Below, in pieces: positions 13,969-27,744 of a stretch of 64,000 bases of DNA (position 1 is the stretch's first letter; each line of letters opens with the position of its first letter). Position numbers and translations under genes: made by a program. The stretch is taken from contig NW_002060962.1 of the NCBI RefSeq assembly GCF_000150275.1, positions 434,001-498,000 of the forward strand, read 5' to 3'. The notes under the pieces are model-generated. The model was not told the DNA's origin, made no database searches, and was given only the letters and a program-made list of their open reading frames with translations. The DNA comes from Trichoplax adhaerens. Its lineage: Eukaryota; Animalia; Placozoa.

Positions 13969-15934
13969 TTAATGTCTCTTTGGTTTACCCGATGATATAA
14001 TATTAAATACAAGATAGATTACACAACCAAGAAGGGCAATCGTCGATATCTTGTAAATGTTAAAGCCGGATGGATTAGATTGATTAGTAGAAGAATCGCC
14101 TTGTGAATCTTGCACTAATGCTTTAATTTTGGATTCCATGGCTGGTACAATTTCATTCCAGAAGACTACATCACCATGTCGATAGTGCTGATCTACTTGT
14201 GGATCTTTGGTGATGTTTAAATAGTAGCGATTATTGACCTCATATCTCGGCCAATTCTTGCTACCAGTGGGCTTGCTGCAACAAAAATAGAAGGAATAGG
14301 AGCGTTAATATTATTTTAACATGATGAAAAGTTGATTCAATAGTTCAACTAATTATAATTGATTACAGGGCATTAGATCAGTTCACTAAGCTATCAAAGG
14401 AATATTAGCGTAGTCGTGTTACTTACTTTCCTCGTGTAAATGAGCCCCACATTGCCATAATATTTTTACTAACATTAACATCATTCTCATCGTATTCATC
14501 CTTAAAATAACTCGGTTTGCGTATTGGATATCCAAAGATATAAGGTACTTCCATTTGATGGCTAGCTCCAGCATGGTCAGGATAATAAAACGAATCAGCC
14601 ACTCGTTGACTAAATATATACATGTATGTCGGTAAGCCATGTTCTGCAAATTTCTCGCCGCAATAAACAGCTGGTGACAGAAAATAGAAATCAGTCCACA
14701 ATAAATTGGAGTAATGTCTGATAAGGATTGGATTATTAGCATCGATAGGATCACTGTAACGATGAAGGATAGTTTCAAAAACTGGCTTAGAAACATAATC
14801 GATCGAGTTTTGTGCTACAGCATCGAATACTGGTCTGGATATTCCCTTATTAATATTAGGGATTAGCAAATTAAATAGCGTTCCATCGTCCTTTGTCAGA
14901 CCAAAGATCACATTGGCTTTGTTAATTTTACCTTTATCAAGTAAAATTTTTGGATCAGCAGGAATTGTTTTACCATCCACGATAGGTTTAAAGGGGCCCA
15001 TTTTTCTTTTAATTGCAGCCCATTGAGCTTCAATAATTTGATCGACGGATAATTTTTGCAAACAAGTGGTAATTTGGTGAGATTTTTGGGATTGGTTGCA
15101 TGCAGTATGATCTAGAAATCGCTGAAAGATCTCATTCGCTTCGGTATAGTCTTGATGATAGCATAAGTGCAATAACGGAGTACCACTTTGCAAAACAGCA
15201 CTACGGAATAAGCCTTGACTGGATGGTGATAATAGGTGAAATCCTATCGAAACAGCACCAGCTGAATTGCCAGCAATGGTTACTTTAGTTTTATCGCCAC
15301 CAAAGTGACGAATATTACGTTGTATCCATTTTAAGGCTATGTTTTGATCAAGTTGGCCATTATTAGCTGGCAAGATATCACTATTTTTCTCATTTCGAGC
15401 TGTCATAAAACCTAAAGCGCCAAGGCGATAATTGATTGTCACTACTACAATATCTTCACGTGTTGATAATGTCTCGCCATGCCAATTCGCACCAGTTCCC
15501 ATAACGTAGCCACCGCCATGGATCCATACTAGGACAGGCAATAAGGGACTTTTAGAATCGACTTTAGGTGTATAGATATTTAAATAAAGGCAATCTTCGT
15601 TTTCTTTGCTTTCTGGTAATGATTTATCAAGACGATCATATATTTGTGGCACAACATAGGTCTGTGGGCAGGATGGGCTAAATTGGAGAGCATCACGAGT
15701 TGATCTCCATGATTTCTTCAATGGTATTGAATTCATAAATCTTAAGGAGCCGACTGGTGGCTCAGCATAAGGCACTCCGAGAAAGACATGGCATTGCTTA
15801 TCATCAACATTGTAAGTTTTACCCCGTACAGCTCCTTTATCCGTTTGTGCTACAACATAGCTGTCAGCACCATATGCAATATTGAGCTGATAGAAGATCA
15901 ATAATATTGTAGTAGAAGACAGTAGCCATTTCAT
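13969..15934 (-). CDS. CCE3, carboxylesterase with C-terminal TM and KPKRH tail (exons 15934-14427, 14275-13969)
   Basis: HGGG oxyanion loop, GNSAG, GLTKDDG, GASHQME. Donor AA|GTAAGT at 14426, acceptor ttgttgcag at 14276. Exon 2, read by hand because it is not in the ORF track: KPTGSKNWPRY...VFWN...ISTIALLGCVIYLVFNIISSGKPKRH*. Confidence 0.92.
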
Positions 15935-18709
15935 CTTGATCACTTCTATCTCTGATTTTAAAAGAATGCCTAAATAAAATCATAGTTAAGAAACAAGCGA
16001 TTCAAATTGCCTATTTGTAAAAAAACGATCTCTGTTTCTAACCCAAAATCTTAATTAATAGTATTATTTGAGTACGTTATAAATACTGTAAGATTGTGTA
16101 ATTAAAAAGAATAGAAGCTCACTAACATACCGTATTATCGATTTAGTTGAGCTTAGTGCTTGCTAATTCCTAATCGAAACGACCCTTATGTGCCATACGT
16201 TTGCAAGACGAAAAGATTACAGGATAAAAATACCTTAATAGATTAGAATGTAAAACTATACTCTTACTATACTATATGTATATGTAGCTTGTATGATGGT
16301 ATTAATTATAACCCTGTCTTCAGAGCAAACTATATACTACACGTTTACTTCTATAACATGTTACAATAAAGCAGTAAAAGTACTCAGGTGAGGGCGCATG
16401 GCAGAATTTTATATATGATATCAGAAATCGAATGAGAGCTTATGTTATTTGAAGTGGGATAGTTTAAATTGAAATTTAATTTTGGAAGCTAATAGACGCC
16501 GCTTTGTCATGTAAATCAAATATCAATCAGCCAAATTGATTTATGTTGACAATTGTTTACAGATGAACAGAATCTTCATATTAATTACATAATAGATGAT
16601 AATAGCTCAGATGAGAGATTAACATTTGTGAATATACTATGCCTATCGACTCGTAATTTTAAACTTTACGTCAATATTATGCTAGGAGACCTTTCTATTA
16701 TTCTGAATCCATCACCTCTTATTAAAAGTATTTCTATACTAGAAGATTCCCAACAACCACGATATGGCTAGATTTAGATGTAGCACTCACTATCAACCCG
16801 GGCGCACTGATCTATAACTCTTCATAATTATCAATCGAGTTAGCTGCATAAAAGCCACAGGTATAATTAGCTAGTTAAGCATAAGACTCGTTATTTCATC
16901 ATGTATGTATTGCCTACACAAAACTACTGTAATTAGCTGAAATTACTACACGTCAGTACTATCAGGATTGGTCAGAAAGGAGGAGCTCTTCTTCAAATTT
17001 AAATAAAGAAAGACCTGAAGGATTCTGTACCATATGGAAACATTGTGATTCATGCTTAATAAGATTAATTTATTAATTATAACCAATGAAACTCCTGCTT
17101 TGATCAGTTATCTATAAAGGGTTGCCGAGATGAATACTACTGGTACTAACTAATGATAGGATTTTCTTGATTCTACATTAATTTAATATAGAATGCTATC
17201 GTTTAAAGTTATTTTTTTACCTGTAATGATCAATCGTTTATTCATATAATTAATCTAGATAGGGTGCAAGTTACATCCTGCATGTTCAGTCCTCTTTTAA
17301 AGCACTGTAGAATCGGTAGAAACTTAATAATCAAGGTGAGATGCCAAAACAAGCAGCTACTGCACTTAATTCTACTGCGGTATATTACATGAAATTAAAT
17401 TGTACGGTATTTTCTGCATCGAATTGATTCATTTATTTTAATGTATTAATAGAACGTTACAATTGTTTAATTAGAGATATTTGAAATTAGACAGAATTTG
17501 CTTTCGTAAATTATAAGGAACGAAATAATTTAATCAGTGAAGTAGGGAAAGTAGATAACCCTATCAGACACTAAATTCCGTTTACAAAAGTGTAAAAGCA
17601 AACTTCAGTACTATCAAGGGATAATTTTTGATAGACTTTACTCTGAGTAGCAAAATAAGTAGCTTATGGTTAGCCAAAAAATTATCGTTTACATTACGAT
17701 ACAGTATGCTTAATCCAATGTAAAGTATACAAGGTTATTCATCAAACAGGTTATGGATAGATTAGTAATGTACTCTATCATGTTGGTATTCGATACTTGC
17801 GGTATACTTATGCTATTGGTTCAATTTTATTTCTATAGTGTATCTTATTTCTCTTTTACCTCTAATATTGCAAATTGTTCGTAATTGTACTTCCAGTATC
17901 ACATTAGCGCAACCAACTGTCAACGCTCAATTTTCGCCAATAGATATTTGCTATGCGAGTATACGTTCGATTCATTCTCTTCCTAACGCTATTCTAATAT
18001 TTCACTTCCATTTAATAGTATATCTTTTATAAATAAAGTTCTAGCACAATTAAAACTTAAATATTTCTCCATGCTGAACTATTGCCTTTAGATAATGGCT
18101 TTAAAAGTTTTGCTAAGCTCTCTTTTTCAGGCTATTTGGTTATTTTTCTGCCGTAGCATAGCCTAAATTTATTTAACCATGCTTGCAGTATCACATGGAA
18201 TTGATCATTGGTCAGTTAGTCGCACTTTTATTTGACATAATATTTCATGTTTTAAGTTCTTAGAAGTCGTAATATTTAAGATTACTTTATAGAGTTGCAT
18301 TGGAATAAGACTAGCCTTAGTTGGTACTATCTTTATACTTTATTTCAGATACACTGGAATAAATTCATCTAATTTTGGACCAAAAGCTGCTTCTAAAATT
18401 GGATCTTTTAACTTGCCATTAGTACATTTACGTATTCCTTGCACAGCATTAGAATGTTCATTAGTGATTAACGCTACGATATTTTTCGTTAAACAAATTC
18501 GAATTTTAGCTATGAATATTACTAAGAATAAGAACAAGTAAGGAATGAAAATTGAAATCGGGCCAGCTACAGTAGATGTAGAGATATCCATTGAATAACC
18601 TTATTGAATTTACTTTTTCAATTTCAAGTTATTCTGTCATTCCTTTTAAAAGTTATAGTAAAAATTTTAATATTAATGACTTCTTTCTCTAAATGATGAT
18701 AGTAAATTA

Positions 18710-20569
18710 TTAAGATTTCATTGGACGATTGCGAATTTTAGCCACCATAATTCCTAAAATTAAGCTTAAAATTGCTAGGAAACAGGCTGCACCAAGTGTA
18801 ATCCATAATGCCAGACGATATGTATGCAATTCTTGGAGGAGTGGCGATAATTGAGTTGTTAATGGCAACTTAGTAGTAGGACTACTAGTTGTTGATATGG
18901 TAGCAACTGAAAGAGGTTGAGTAGCATTCAATTTTGGAATTAAATGATTCCAAAATCGCATGTTATTTGATCTTAAATGATCTCGAACGGCTGGGCTAGC
19001 AGTAAATACGTAATACTGAGAAGAGTTACCATAAAATCGTGGCCAAGCTATACCATCTAAATTGGGAGTATTAGGATCTCCGCTCCTCATGATATTCCCA
19101 AAGCGGGTCATCATATCTAGGGATACTTGGCGATCATCCAAGGTAAATTCATCTCTATCATAAGGTGGTTTCGAATATGGATAGCCAAAAACATAAGGTA
19201 TCTCCATGCTGTGTGTAACACCAGTTGCTGGTTGGAAATAACCCGATTTAACTGTCCTTTGTGAAAATTCAAAGACATATGTAGGAATACCATGGCGTGC
19301 ATATTGGGTAGCACAGTAGATATTAGGAGCTAGAAATAAGAAATCGGTGTACATTTCAATAGCTAATTTATAATTCCACGTAGGTGATGTCATATTTGCC
19401 CAATGGGTATATTGGAAGACAACAGCATCTTTTGCTTTTGGAGCAAAGTTACTAAACAAAAAATTGACCGCTCCGTCGAAATATTGTCGAGTAACTTTAA
19501 AATCGAATCCTGGTTGCAACATTAGGTATAAAGTTCCGTCATCTTTCGATGATCCAAAGGCTGTCGTAACGTTTAAAATTTTACCTTGATCGATTAGTTC
19601 TTTGGGATCACCAGGGATTAAGCCAAAATTGCCAGTTGGTTTAAAAGCACCCGTTGTCTCATATAAAATCCAATTTTGCTGTAATAAAATGGTAGCGTAA
19701 GGTAAACCTCTTAAACAATTCAAACTATCCTCCATGGATGTACGATTACACTTTGTCTTGTACGCTAATCGAGTAAAAATAGAAGTTGCTTCATCTATAT
19801 CAGGATAATAACCATTGGGCAATGTAACAGTGCCACTTTGTAAAATAACACTTTGAAATAATCCTTTATTGGATGGCATTAGCATTTGAAAATTGCAACT
19901 TACGCTTCCTGCTGAATCACCAGCAAGAGTTACCTTCGTCTTATCACCGCCAAAATTAGCAATATTATCTTGAACCCATTGCATTGCTAATCTTTGGTCG
20001 TGAAAACCTAGATTGGGCTCAACAACAGTAGTTCTAGTTTTGGGATCTATTGCCCCTAAGAAACCTAACGCTCCTAAACGATAATTAAAGGTAACAACAA
20101 CAACATTTTCTATTGCAGCCAAGGCATTTCCTTCCCAGAAACCACCTGCACCAAAGTAAAATCCTCCTTCATGAATCCATAGAAAAACTGGTAATTTTGC
20201 ATTCGTGTTTGTCGTTGGAGTATAAATATTCATAAAAAGACAATCTTCTGATTGTTGAGCGCCAGGGTGATCTCTCTCTAATCGGCTAAAATTACGTACA
20301 AAGATAGTTTGAGGGCAAGATGGACCAAAATTTGTTGCATTGAGAGGATTTGTCCAATGAGTTTTCATTAATGTCGTTGGGGCGAAACGTCTACCTCCAA
20401 TAGGTGGTTCTGCGTAAGGAATACCACGAAAAACATGCACCGCGGTACCATTATATTCAGTTTGGATGCCTTCGACTGGACCAGTTGCTGTTTGAGCAAT
20501 AGTTTGACCGACATTCCCCTGAATGAAATTAAGATAAATAAAAAAAAACAAACCGAGCAATTTCTTCAT
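18710..20569 (-). CDS. CCE4, carboxylesterase with intronless CDS, Ser/Thr stalk and TM (619 aa)
   Basis: Single ORF: signal peptide, GDSAG, GSSKDDG, GVTHSME, WPRF...FWN, Thr-rich stalk, TM LALWITLGAACFLAILSLILGIMVA, short basic tail. Confidence 0.95.
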   Translation of the reverse strand: MKKLLGLFFFIYLNFIQGNVGQTIAQTATGPVEGIQTEYNGTAVHVFRGIPYAEPPIGGRRFAPTTLMKTHWTNPLNATNFGPSCPQTIFVRNFSRLERDHPGAQQSEDCLFMNIYTPTTNTNAKLPVFLWIHEGGFYFGAGGFWEGNALAAIENVVVVTFNYRLGALGFLGAIDPKTRTTVVEPNLGFHDQRLAMQWVQDNIANFGGDKTKVTLAGDSAGSVSCNFQMLMPSNKGLFQSVILQSGTVTLPNGYYPDIDEATSIFTRLAYKTKCNRTSMEDSLNCLRGLPYATILLQQNWILYETTGAFKPTGNFGLIPGDPKELIDQGKILNVTTAFGSSKDDGTLYLMLQPGFDFKVTRQYFDGAVNFLFSNFAPKAKDAVVFQYTHWANMTSPTWNYKLAIEMYTDFLFLAPNIYCATQYARHGIPTYVFEFSQRTVKSGYFQPATGVTHSMEIPYVFGYPYSKPPYDRDEFTLDDRQVSLDMMTRFGNIMRSGDPNTPNLDGIAWPRFYGNSSQYYVFTASPAVRDHLRSNNMRFWNHLIPKLNATQPLSVATISTTSSPTTKLPLTTQLSPLLQELHTYRLALWITLGAACFLAILSLILGIMVAKIRNRPMKS

Positions 20570-23500
20570 GATAGAGGCAAGCCGTTAACGAAGCAATGAA
20601 ATAGCAAAAAATTTTTTCCCTTTGAAAAGCATTCACCAAGATTACCCTTCTATCCGTGTAATTGTATTCCAAGTACAGAACCGTGAAAAGCAATAGGTAA
20701 TTCCCCTAGTATGTAATTAGGCGTAGGCTTATAAGTAAGTTCGGTAGCTCATGATCTATTCAAGTCGGCGATGATACATTAGCTTAATATTCCAACTTTG
20801 TATTCATAGCCCATTATGGGAGGAGTCCTGCAATTATCTTTAAATGTCAATAAATTTAAATCAATTCATTGGAAATGCCAATTTTCCATATAACAGACAT
20901 CGTCATCATAGGACAAAAGTGATGTCCAGTTTATTAAAATCGCTCAAGCTTCATGTTTAACAAGCACAATGATGATTCCGGATATCTGATTACTATCGTT
21001 TATTACAATAAAATGAATTAGAGCATAAGGTGCTATCTTGAACTAGAAAGGTGGAAATAAGAATGTTGTATATAGTCTTCAATCAATTCTACAAGAGAAA
21101 GAAAGAATACTGGCTATTGTGAAATCAATTTATAGACGTTATAACAAAGTATCAATGCTAGCGGCTATAGTTTGATGTCTAGAGATATATCTCTATGGGT
21201 TAAATACAAGCAGCATGCATGTTATATTGACTAGAAAGAATGGTGGACTAAATTACAATTACTCAATTTAGATAGCTCCATCTATTCACTATAATCGTTT
21301 ATTCGTTAGCTCTTAGCCTAAAGTGGGTCAAATTGTTGAATTTGATTTTAGAGACAGTACCAATGGCAAGATAGACAAGATAGCTTAGCATCAGGATATC
21401 TACATTATGTTACAGTTTGTTTTTTCTTGATTTTTTTGAGTTAACTTTGTGATTGTTTACTTACGAGATCCCCAGAAAATAGAATTTGTTCTCATTTTGA
21501 TGATTCCATTAGTTATTTCATAAAGGCACTGACCTAGAGGTCGCAGCTTATTAAGATGGACGTGAGCAACGATAATAAATATTCACCGAACCTTTCTCAG
21601 GTCTAACAGCAACGTATATATTTTGCCATACCGATCCACTTACTCTTCAAGTTATTCAGAATACATCAGGTAGATGCAGTAGCTAGAGTTATAAATGAAT
21701 CGAAACAATAATTGAACTATTTCCATACTGTATGGCTGCCGACTGTGGAATGAGAATAATTAATCGCTGCCGTTACTTCGATAGCATAGCAATGCGTTAA
21801 TTAAAGTAAATAGTGACTCTATAGCATTTGATATTCATAATGGCTTATTTACTTGCATACTATTCTTGAGAAACCATACCATGGGAGCTATTAGCTTCTG
21901 ATATTGTTTTCGTAACGTATACTATGGGCTGTTATCAAACAGAAAAACATACCTGTTAAAATATGGTGCATTTCTAGATTTGACGATCTTATTTGATTAG
22001 ATTCTTCTCAAATATCTCTAATAACTTCATGAACAGATATGCAATAGCAGCTAAAGTCTTGCATTGCTGCTCATGAATTAATTTCAGCAAGGGCCTTCAA
22101 GTCTGTTCGTATATTACAGGTATAATTTGTCGTGCTAAATGGATTTATCCCGGCTTTATTTGATTATGGAGGTGGTTATAAAATTGCAGCTAAAAATGCA
22201 GTATGTCGCAGTTCATTAAGATAAAATACGAAATAGCAGTCCCTGACTAAGCTAGCGAACTAGAAACTGATTAAAACATTCTTGTAGGGTTAGGAATCTA
22301 TATTTATTACTGTATATGCAAATTTTAAAATGCAATTAAAAGAACAGTTTAAGAGCAGTTAATTTCTTCGACAAGAATAATTAGAATATTGCTTCCTATT
22401 TAATCTGTTCAGACATTGATAAAAGGTCAACTTTTAAGATAATATCGTTGATATCTGTAGAGCATGATATTATGACTGTACTTATTTTTCAAAGTTTGTC
22501 ATTAGCTAAATAGAGAATAAGCTAGCTGTAACCGACATATGGGAATAAAATGATATTTAAATGTTACACAGATGGACTGAACTGTGTTATGTATTGATCT
22601 ATACGCATTCGTTGGATCAAGTCTTTATAGTCCCTTATATCATTACCTTAAGCTCGTCTATATCGTCGTCTTCCATTGCATGTTTTTCATCTTTGATGTA
22701 CTTAAATTTGTGAACTATACATAAACTTTTTGTGGAGAGCAAAAGGTAGTCGTAGCTTTGTATTGTATGTTAAATGCATAATTGATATAGTTTATTTGTC
22801 ACTGATTTCTCTTTATGCGATGCATCTAGCTGTTCGATAAATAAATTGCGTAATTGATTTGATTTTAAGACAGGAAATAGTGATTAAGTTAAGACGCTGT
22901 AAAGGTTAGGATCGTATTAAACTCGTATTAAACTTTATTTAATCCAACGAGAACCAACACGAATGAAGCATGTATGAAAGTGATTTGATGGAGATTTAAT
23001 ATTTTAGAAATACAATAGATCATATCATGCTGTGAGGGATCAGTAAGAAGAAGTAAAATATTTCTGATTATATAAACAGGCTTTATAATGTGCTTAATAT
23101 CGAATAGGTAAATCCTAGGGTGGATTTTCTTCTTATAAAAATAAAAATAGCACAACATGGCTTACCAAGACGTCTTATTTATGACGAGATCAACGTCTCT
23201 AATGTTGATCATTGACACACTGTGATAGATTAAGTAAAAGAATGATTGCTATTAAACAAATGATTGATAACATTTCCAGCATTAATTGATACAAACTAAC
23301 TACTCAAGTTTTAAATCGAAGGATTAGAATCCCTACCAATAAAAGACTAATTAGGGTATAGTGGCGGATATAAGGTCGTTCGATAAGCACCGCAAGAATG
23401 CTAATGGCAACAAAACATAAGTAGAGATCGTTATAATAGATTAAGAATTAATAATATCCATATGACATGCAAGCATAAGTTAAACTGTACAGTGCACACA

Positions 23501-23816
23501 TACGTAATATTATTTTGTAACATTTGCAACAACAATTCTTATAGTATAATATTTTAACACGGAGTTTTAGCTGTTAAATCTTAGTAACTTTGTCTAACGA
23601 TAGATCAATATTGATCAAATCTGACATGCCAATACTACCATATACGCGAAGTTGATCATAAATGTTAGGGAACTTGCCTATAAGCTATCATATGGGTACT
23701 TAATCCTCATTATAAATTGATTCAAAGTTTATGATAAACTCAATTTAGAAGATCGACAAAGAAAATACGGATCTGGTCTTAAAATACATGTAGCCATCTT
23801 TCGCATAGAGTTGAGG

Positions 23817-25767
23817 TTAATCGATGCGTGAACACTGTTGTTGGTCTCGGTCACAATGAGATTTTGTTGATGCTGTCAAAGCAAGGCTATCGCATTTTTT
23901 AGCATAATCCTCGAGTTCTGGGATATATTTGTTCCAAAATGCGACTCGATTACCTAGGTAATGTTGACCTATAGTCAGTTTATCGTCAAGCTTTGCATAA
24001 GTCTGATATTGTTTGTCATAACGCGGCCATTGTATTGGTGATGCATCTGTAGTAGGCGTCCTAAGTATAGGATTATAACCATACATTTAACAAAATTAAC
24101 TGTAATGCATTCAATATACTAAAGAATGACACGGTATTCTACTGATTGATTATAAAAAAAGTAATCTTATATTTTTACTCAATTATATCTATTTATATAT
24201 CATTAAAAATAAGAACATAATTTGATCATGCTAAATGATTGTATCCTACTTTACAATTGTATCTTGTCTCGACATACCCATATTTGATAAAGTTTCCCCA
24301 AGTCTCCATCATTCTTCGCGATACTTTGACATCTTCATCCGTGAAATTGGCTAGAAAACTGGCCGGCTTATCAATTGGGTAGCCTACTACTTGTGGCATC
24401 TCCATAGTGTGAGTAACACCCAGGTATGAAGGGAAAATAAATGACAATTTGGTAGGAAAGGCAAATTCGAAATAATAAGTAGGGACACCATCAGATGCAT
24501 ACTGTTGAGCGCATTTATCAGCAGGTGCTGCAAAAAAGTAATCATTAAAGAGTTTGGTCGCCTCGTCTCGAACAGCTAAAGGATCGTTTTCTTTGATCCA
24601 ATTAGTATAACGAAATTTAATAGCAGATCTAGTTTGTTTACTGAATGCTTTAAAAAAAACATCTATTGAAGCGAAAAAATTCTCTGTTGATAGCCCTTTT
24701 TCGATATCTGGATAGCCACCCATTCTTACAAAAACCGAGCCATCATCTGATGTTGTCCCAATCATCGTAGGTACCTTTTCGTACTGTCCATTTTTAAGTA
24801 AAGTTTCAGGATTATCTGGCAAAAATTGATCATCAACAGCGACAGAAAAGCCAAATGGATAGACACCCATGGTTTTAAATTGAGCACCTAATAATTCTTG
24901 CATAGGTAGATCTTGAAGGCAAGCTACTGTTTCAGCTGTATTAGCTCGTGCACAATTAGAGTGTTTGACAGCTTCTTCAAATACTTTTCGTGGAGTGGTG
25001 AAGTCTGGATGGAAGAATTCCGGAAATTGTGGAGTACCACTATCCAAAATAGCTCTATGAATTAATCCTTTACTTCCAGGTGACATGGTATGTAATCCAA
25101 CTGACATAGCGCCAACTGAATTACCCGAAGCTGTAATTTTATTAGGATCGCCTCCAAATTGAGCGATATTCTCGCGAACCCATTGAAGAGCCAATCGTTG
25201 ATCATACAACCCCAGATTGGGTTCAATAACGTGTTTACCGTCGACTTTTTCACCTGGTGTCATAAACCCAAAAGCACCCAAGCGATAATTCATAGTTACA
25301 ACAATAATATTTTGATTGCTTGCAAGTACTTTACCTTGCCATCGTGATCCACTACCATAGAAATAAGCTCCACCATGGATAAAAACAAAAACAGGCAATT
25401 TTGATGTACTACTTGCACTAGGGGTCCAAACATTAATATAGAGACAATCTTCTCTAATTTGTCCATGTTTAGTGTCTTGACTGAGATCGGGAATTGGTAG
25501 ACCTTGTGGACAAGCATAAGGGAGAGATGTGGCATCAAATGGTTGTTTCCATACGGTTTCTATCGGTTGTGGAGGCTGAAATCTTAAAGAGCCAACAGGC
25601 GGTTGGGCAAAAGGAATGCCAAGATAGCCATAAACCGTTTTTCCTTCAACATTAAAATCGATACCGGCAACAGGGCCTTTATTAGTATGGACCATTTCAG
25701 CTGCTGATGCAATCGCTGAGGCTTGACACAGCAATAAAGATGTTACAAGAATGGCGATATTAACCAT
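23817..25767 (-). CDS. CCE5, secreted carboxylesterase with a Cys-containing tail (exons 25767-24278, 24060-23817)
   Basis: HGGA, GNSVG, GTTSDDG, GVTHTME. Donor GG|GTATGT at 24277, acceptor cttag at 24061. Exon 2 reads TPTTDASPIQWPRY...AFWN...CDRDQQQCSRID*, with no TM. Confidence 0.92.
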
Positions 25768-26565
25768 GACCACTTCTGCGAGCTAGAAAGTAAATGATGT
25801 CTAAAACGTGGAGGTAATGGGGATTTGATCGTCAATGATGCTGTAAATCAATAATATTGTTATATATATGATATATATATTATAATTAGCGAATAGATTA
25901 ATTAACGGATGATTTTGCTAATACTATGCTCTAGTAAATCTACTGCTGTTAGAGGCATCGATATTAATGTTGTCGTTTGCCTTTGATGTGGACCGAAGGC
26001 TGTTATGGACGCCAATAGTTTGTTTGTTTCGATTCTTTGTATAATTTACTATAACCATCCACACCATATCCGTTGCTAGACATTTCCACTATTAGGAAAC
26101 TTCATATGTGTAAAGAGTTTGTCGTCTCCTTTGATTGTATCTGAGTGTATCCTATTGAAGAAATGATGATCAGGCGTGACAATCTATTTTGCACACTAAT
26201 AGCTTGATGATCAATATTAAATAAATAAATAATATCCCAGTCACTTTTCCCTAGTAATTATATTCATACAGTTAAACAGTTGTAGTGCAGCCCCAAATAT
26301 GGCTTAGATTACGATCTAAGATTGTACGAGAAAAGTTTAAACCGTACACTAGATGGTAAAGGTTAGACGAATCTAACTTATGTAATAAAGTGAAACTGGC
26401 AAGAAACTGTAATTCTTAATTTATTGTTAAAGATCACTTTATCACAACAGTATAATAATTAATTATGTTATGCTATTAGATATCATGATTAGCAAATGTT
26501 CATTTTGCACATTGACGGATAAAATCTTGAGGAATAGCATCCCGATCATTTTTCTCTAGTGATTA

Positions 26566-26747
26566 TGATGGGCTAATTTATGTAATCGGCGATTTTATGT
26601 AACGTAGCCGTATAAATTTGACCGGCAAGGGATCCCGACTAGTTTATATGTTCACCGGCTATGTTATATAGTCACCGATCGAGCGGCGACTATATAAAAT
26701 TAGCAGCGGTTATATAAAATCACCGATTGCATAAATTAGCCCCATCA
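26566..26747. mobile_element. MITE-like element (~182 bp) with ~38-bp terminal inverted repeats and a candidate TTA target-site duplication
   Basis: The left end tgatgggctaatttatgtaatcggcgattttatgtaac matches the reverse complement of the right end gttatataaaatcaccgattgcataaattagccccatca. TTA lies on both sides (26563-26565, 26748-26750), and there is an internal hairpin. Confidence 0.75.
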
Positions 26748-27744
26748 TTATGATTAGCAAATGTCCATTTTGCCCGCGGATGGATAAAAACTTGATGAAG
26801 AATAGTATCTCAATCATATTCTCTACATTATACAGCATAATAATTATCGTATAGATAGATAGAGTGGACTATTTTAAATACTTTACACAATAAATAGTTG
26901 AAATTAATCAGATGAAATTAAACAGCCATACTTCAGATGTTGTGGAACCAACGTATCGAGTCGAAAATAGGCCTTATACATACATTGAAACAGATTATAA
27001 CCATTCTTTGGCGCATAAGTCAATATCAATATGGAACAATTCGAATCAGTCATAAGTTGGCTTATTCTTTCATGTACAATAACAGCCACTAGGGCCATGA
27101 TGTCGACTAATTTTAATGCCATATCGAATATCTCACCGGTGCTGGTGGCTTTACAGTAAACCCAACTTTACTTACGTAATGATTATCTCAATAGCTTAAT
27201 GGTATAGCCCAGATTTAATTATGCAATAAACAGAATAAATCTCCCGCGAGATAGATCTCTTTTTATTTTCACAGATAGCAAAGTAGGTCAAGTTACTGTA
27301 TACTTTTATGGCAGTTATTCGATTGTAGATTAAGATATAGTACCGTATTCATCCTGAAATATTCAATTTTTTTATCCAATAGCGTGATCAGATTACAAAT
27401 GCTCTATAGCAACAGACATTATTTAACGAAAGCTCAGTTGAGCAATTAAAATTATAAAATCATGATGAAAATATCTAGCTCAATAGCCGTGGCATCTTTA
27501 GGCGCTAACTTCTGTGCTGGTGTGATTATAGATAATTTATATATTACGAGTCATACAGATTATATTCGAATTAAAATTAACTACATCTAGGACGTATACC
27601 TTCCTGTACTTCAGTCTATATTATTACATGTTAAAATGACAAGAAAGGATAAATTCAGAAAGGCAAGATACTTGGAAAAAGACTACTAAAAGTTGGTATG
27701 ACAAGTATACAGAAGCTAAAGGTATCTCAATTCTTAGATTTGAG

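Noticed and set aside
18340-18591. 83-aa ORF with a hydrophobic stretch downstream of CCE4
   Set aside because: Probably lies in the CCE4 3'UTR; AT-rich chance ORF with no homology I can recognise.
24226-24277. C-terminal YVETRYNCKVGYNHLA of the 515-aa ORF
   Set aside because: This is read-through into the intron beyond the GG|GTATGT donor.
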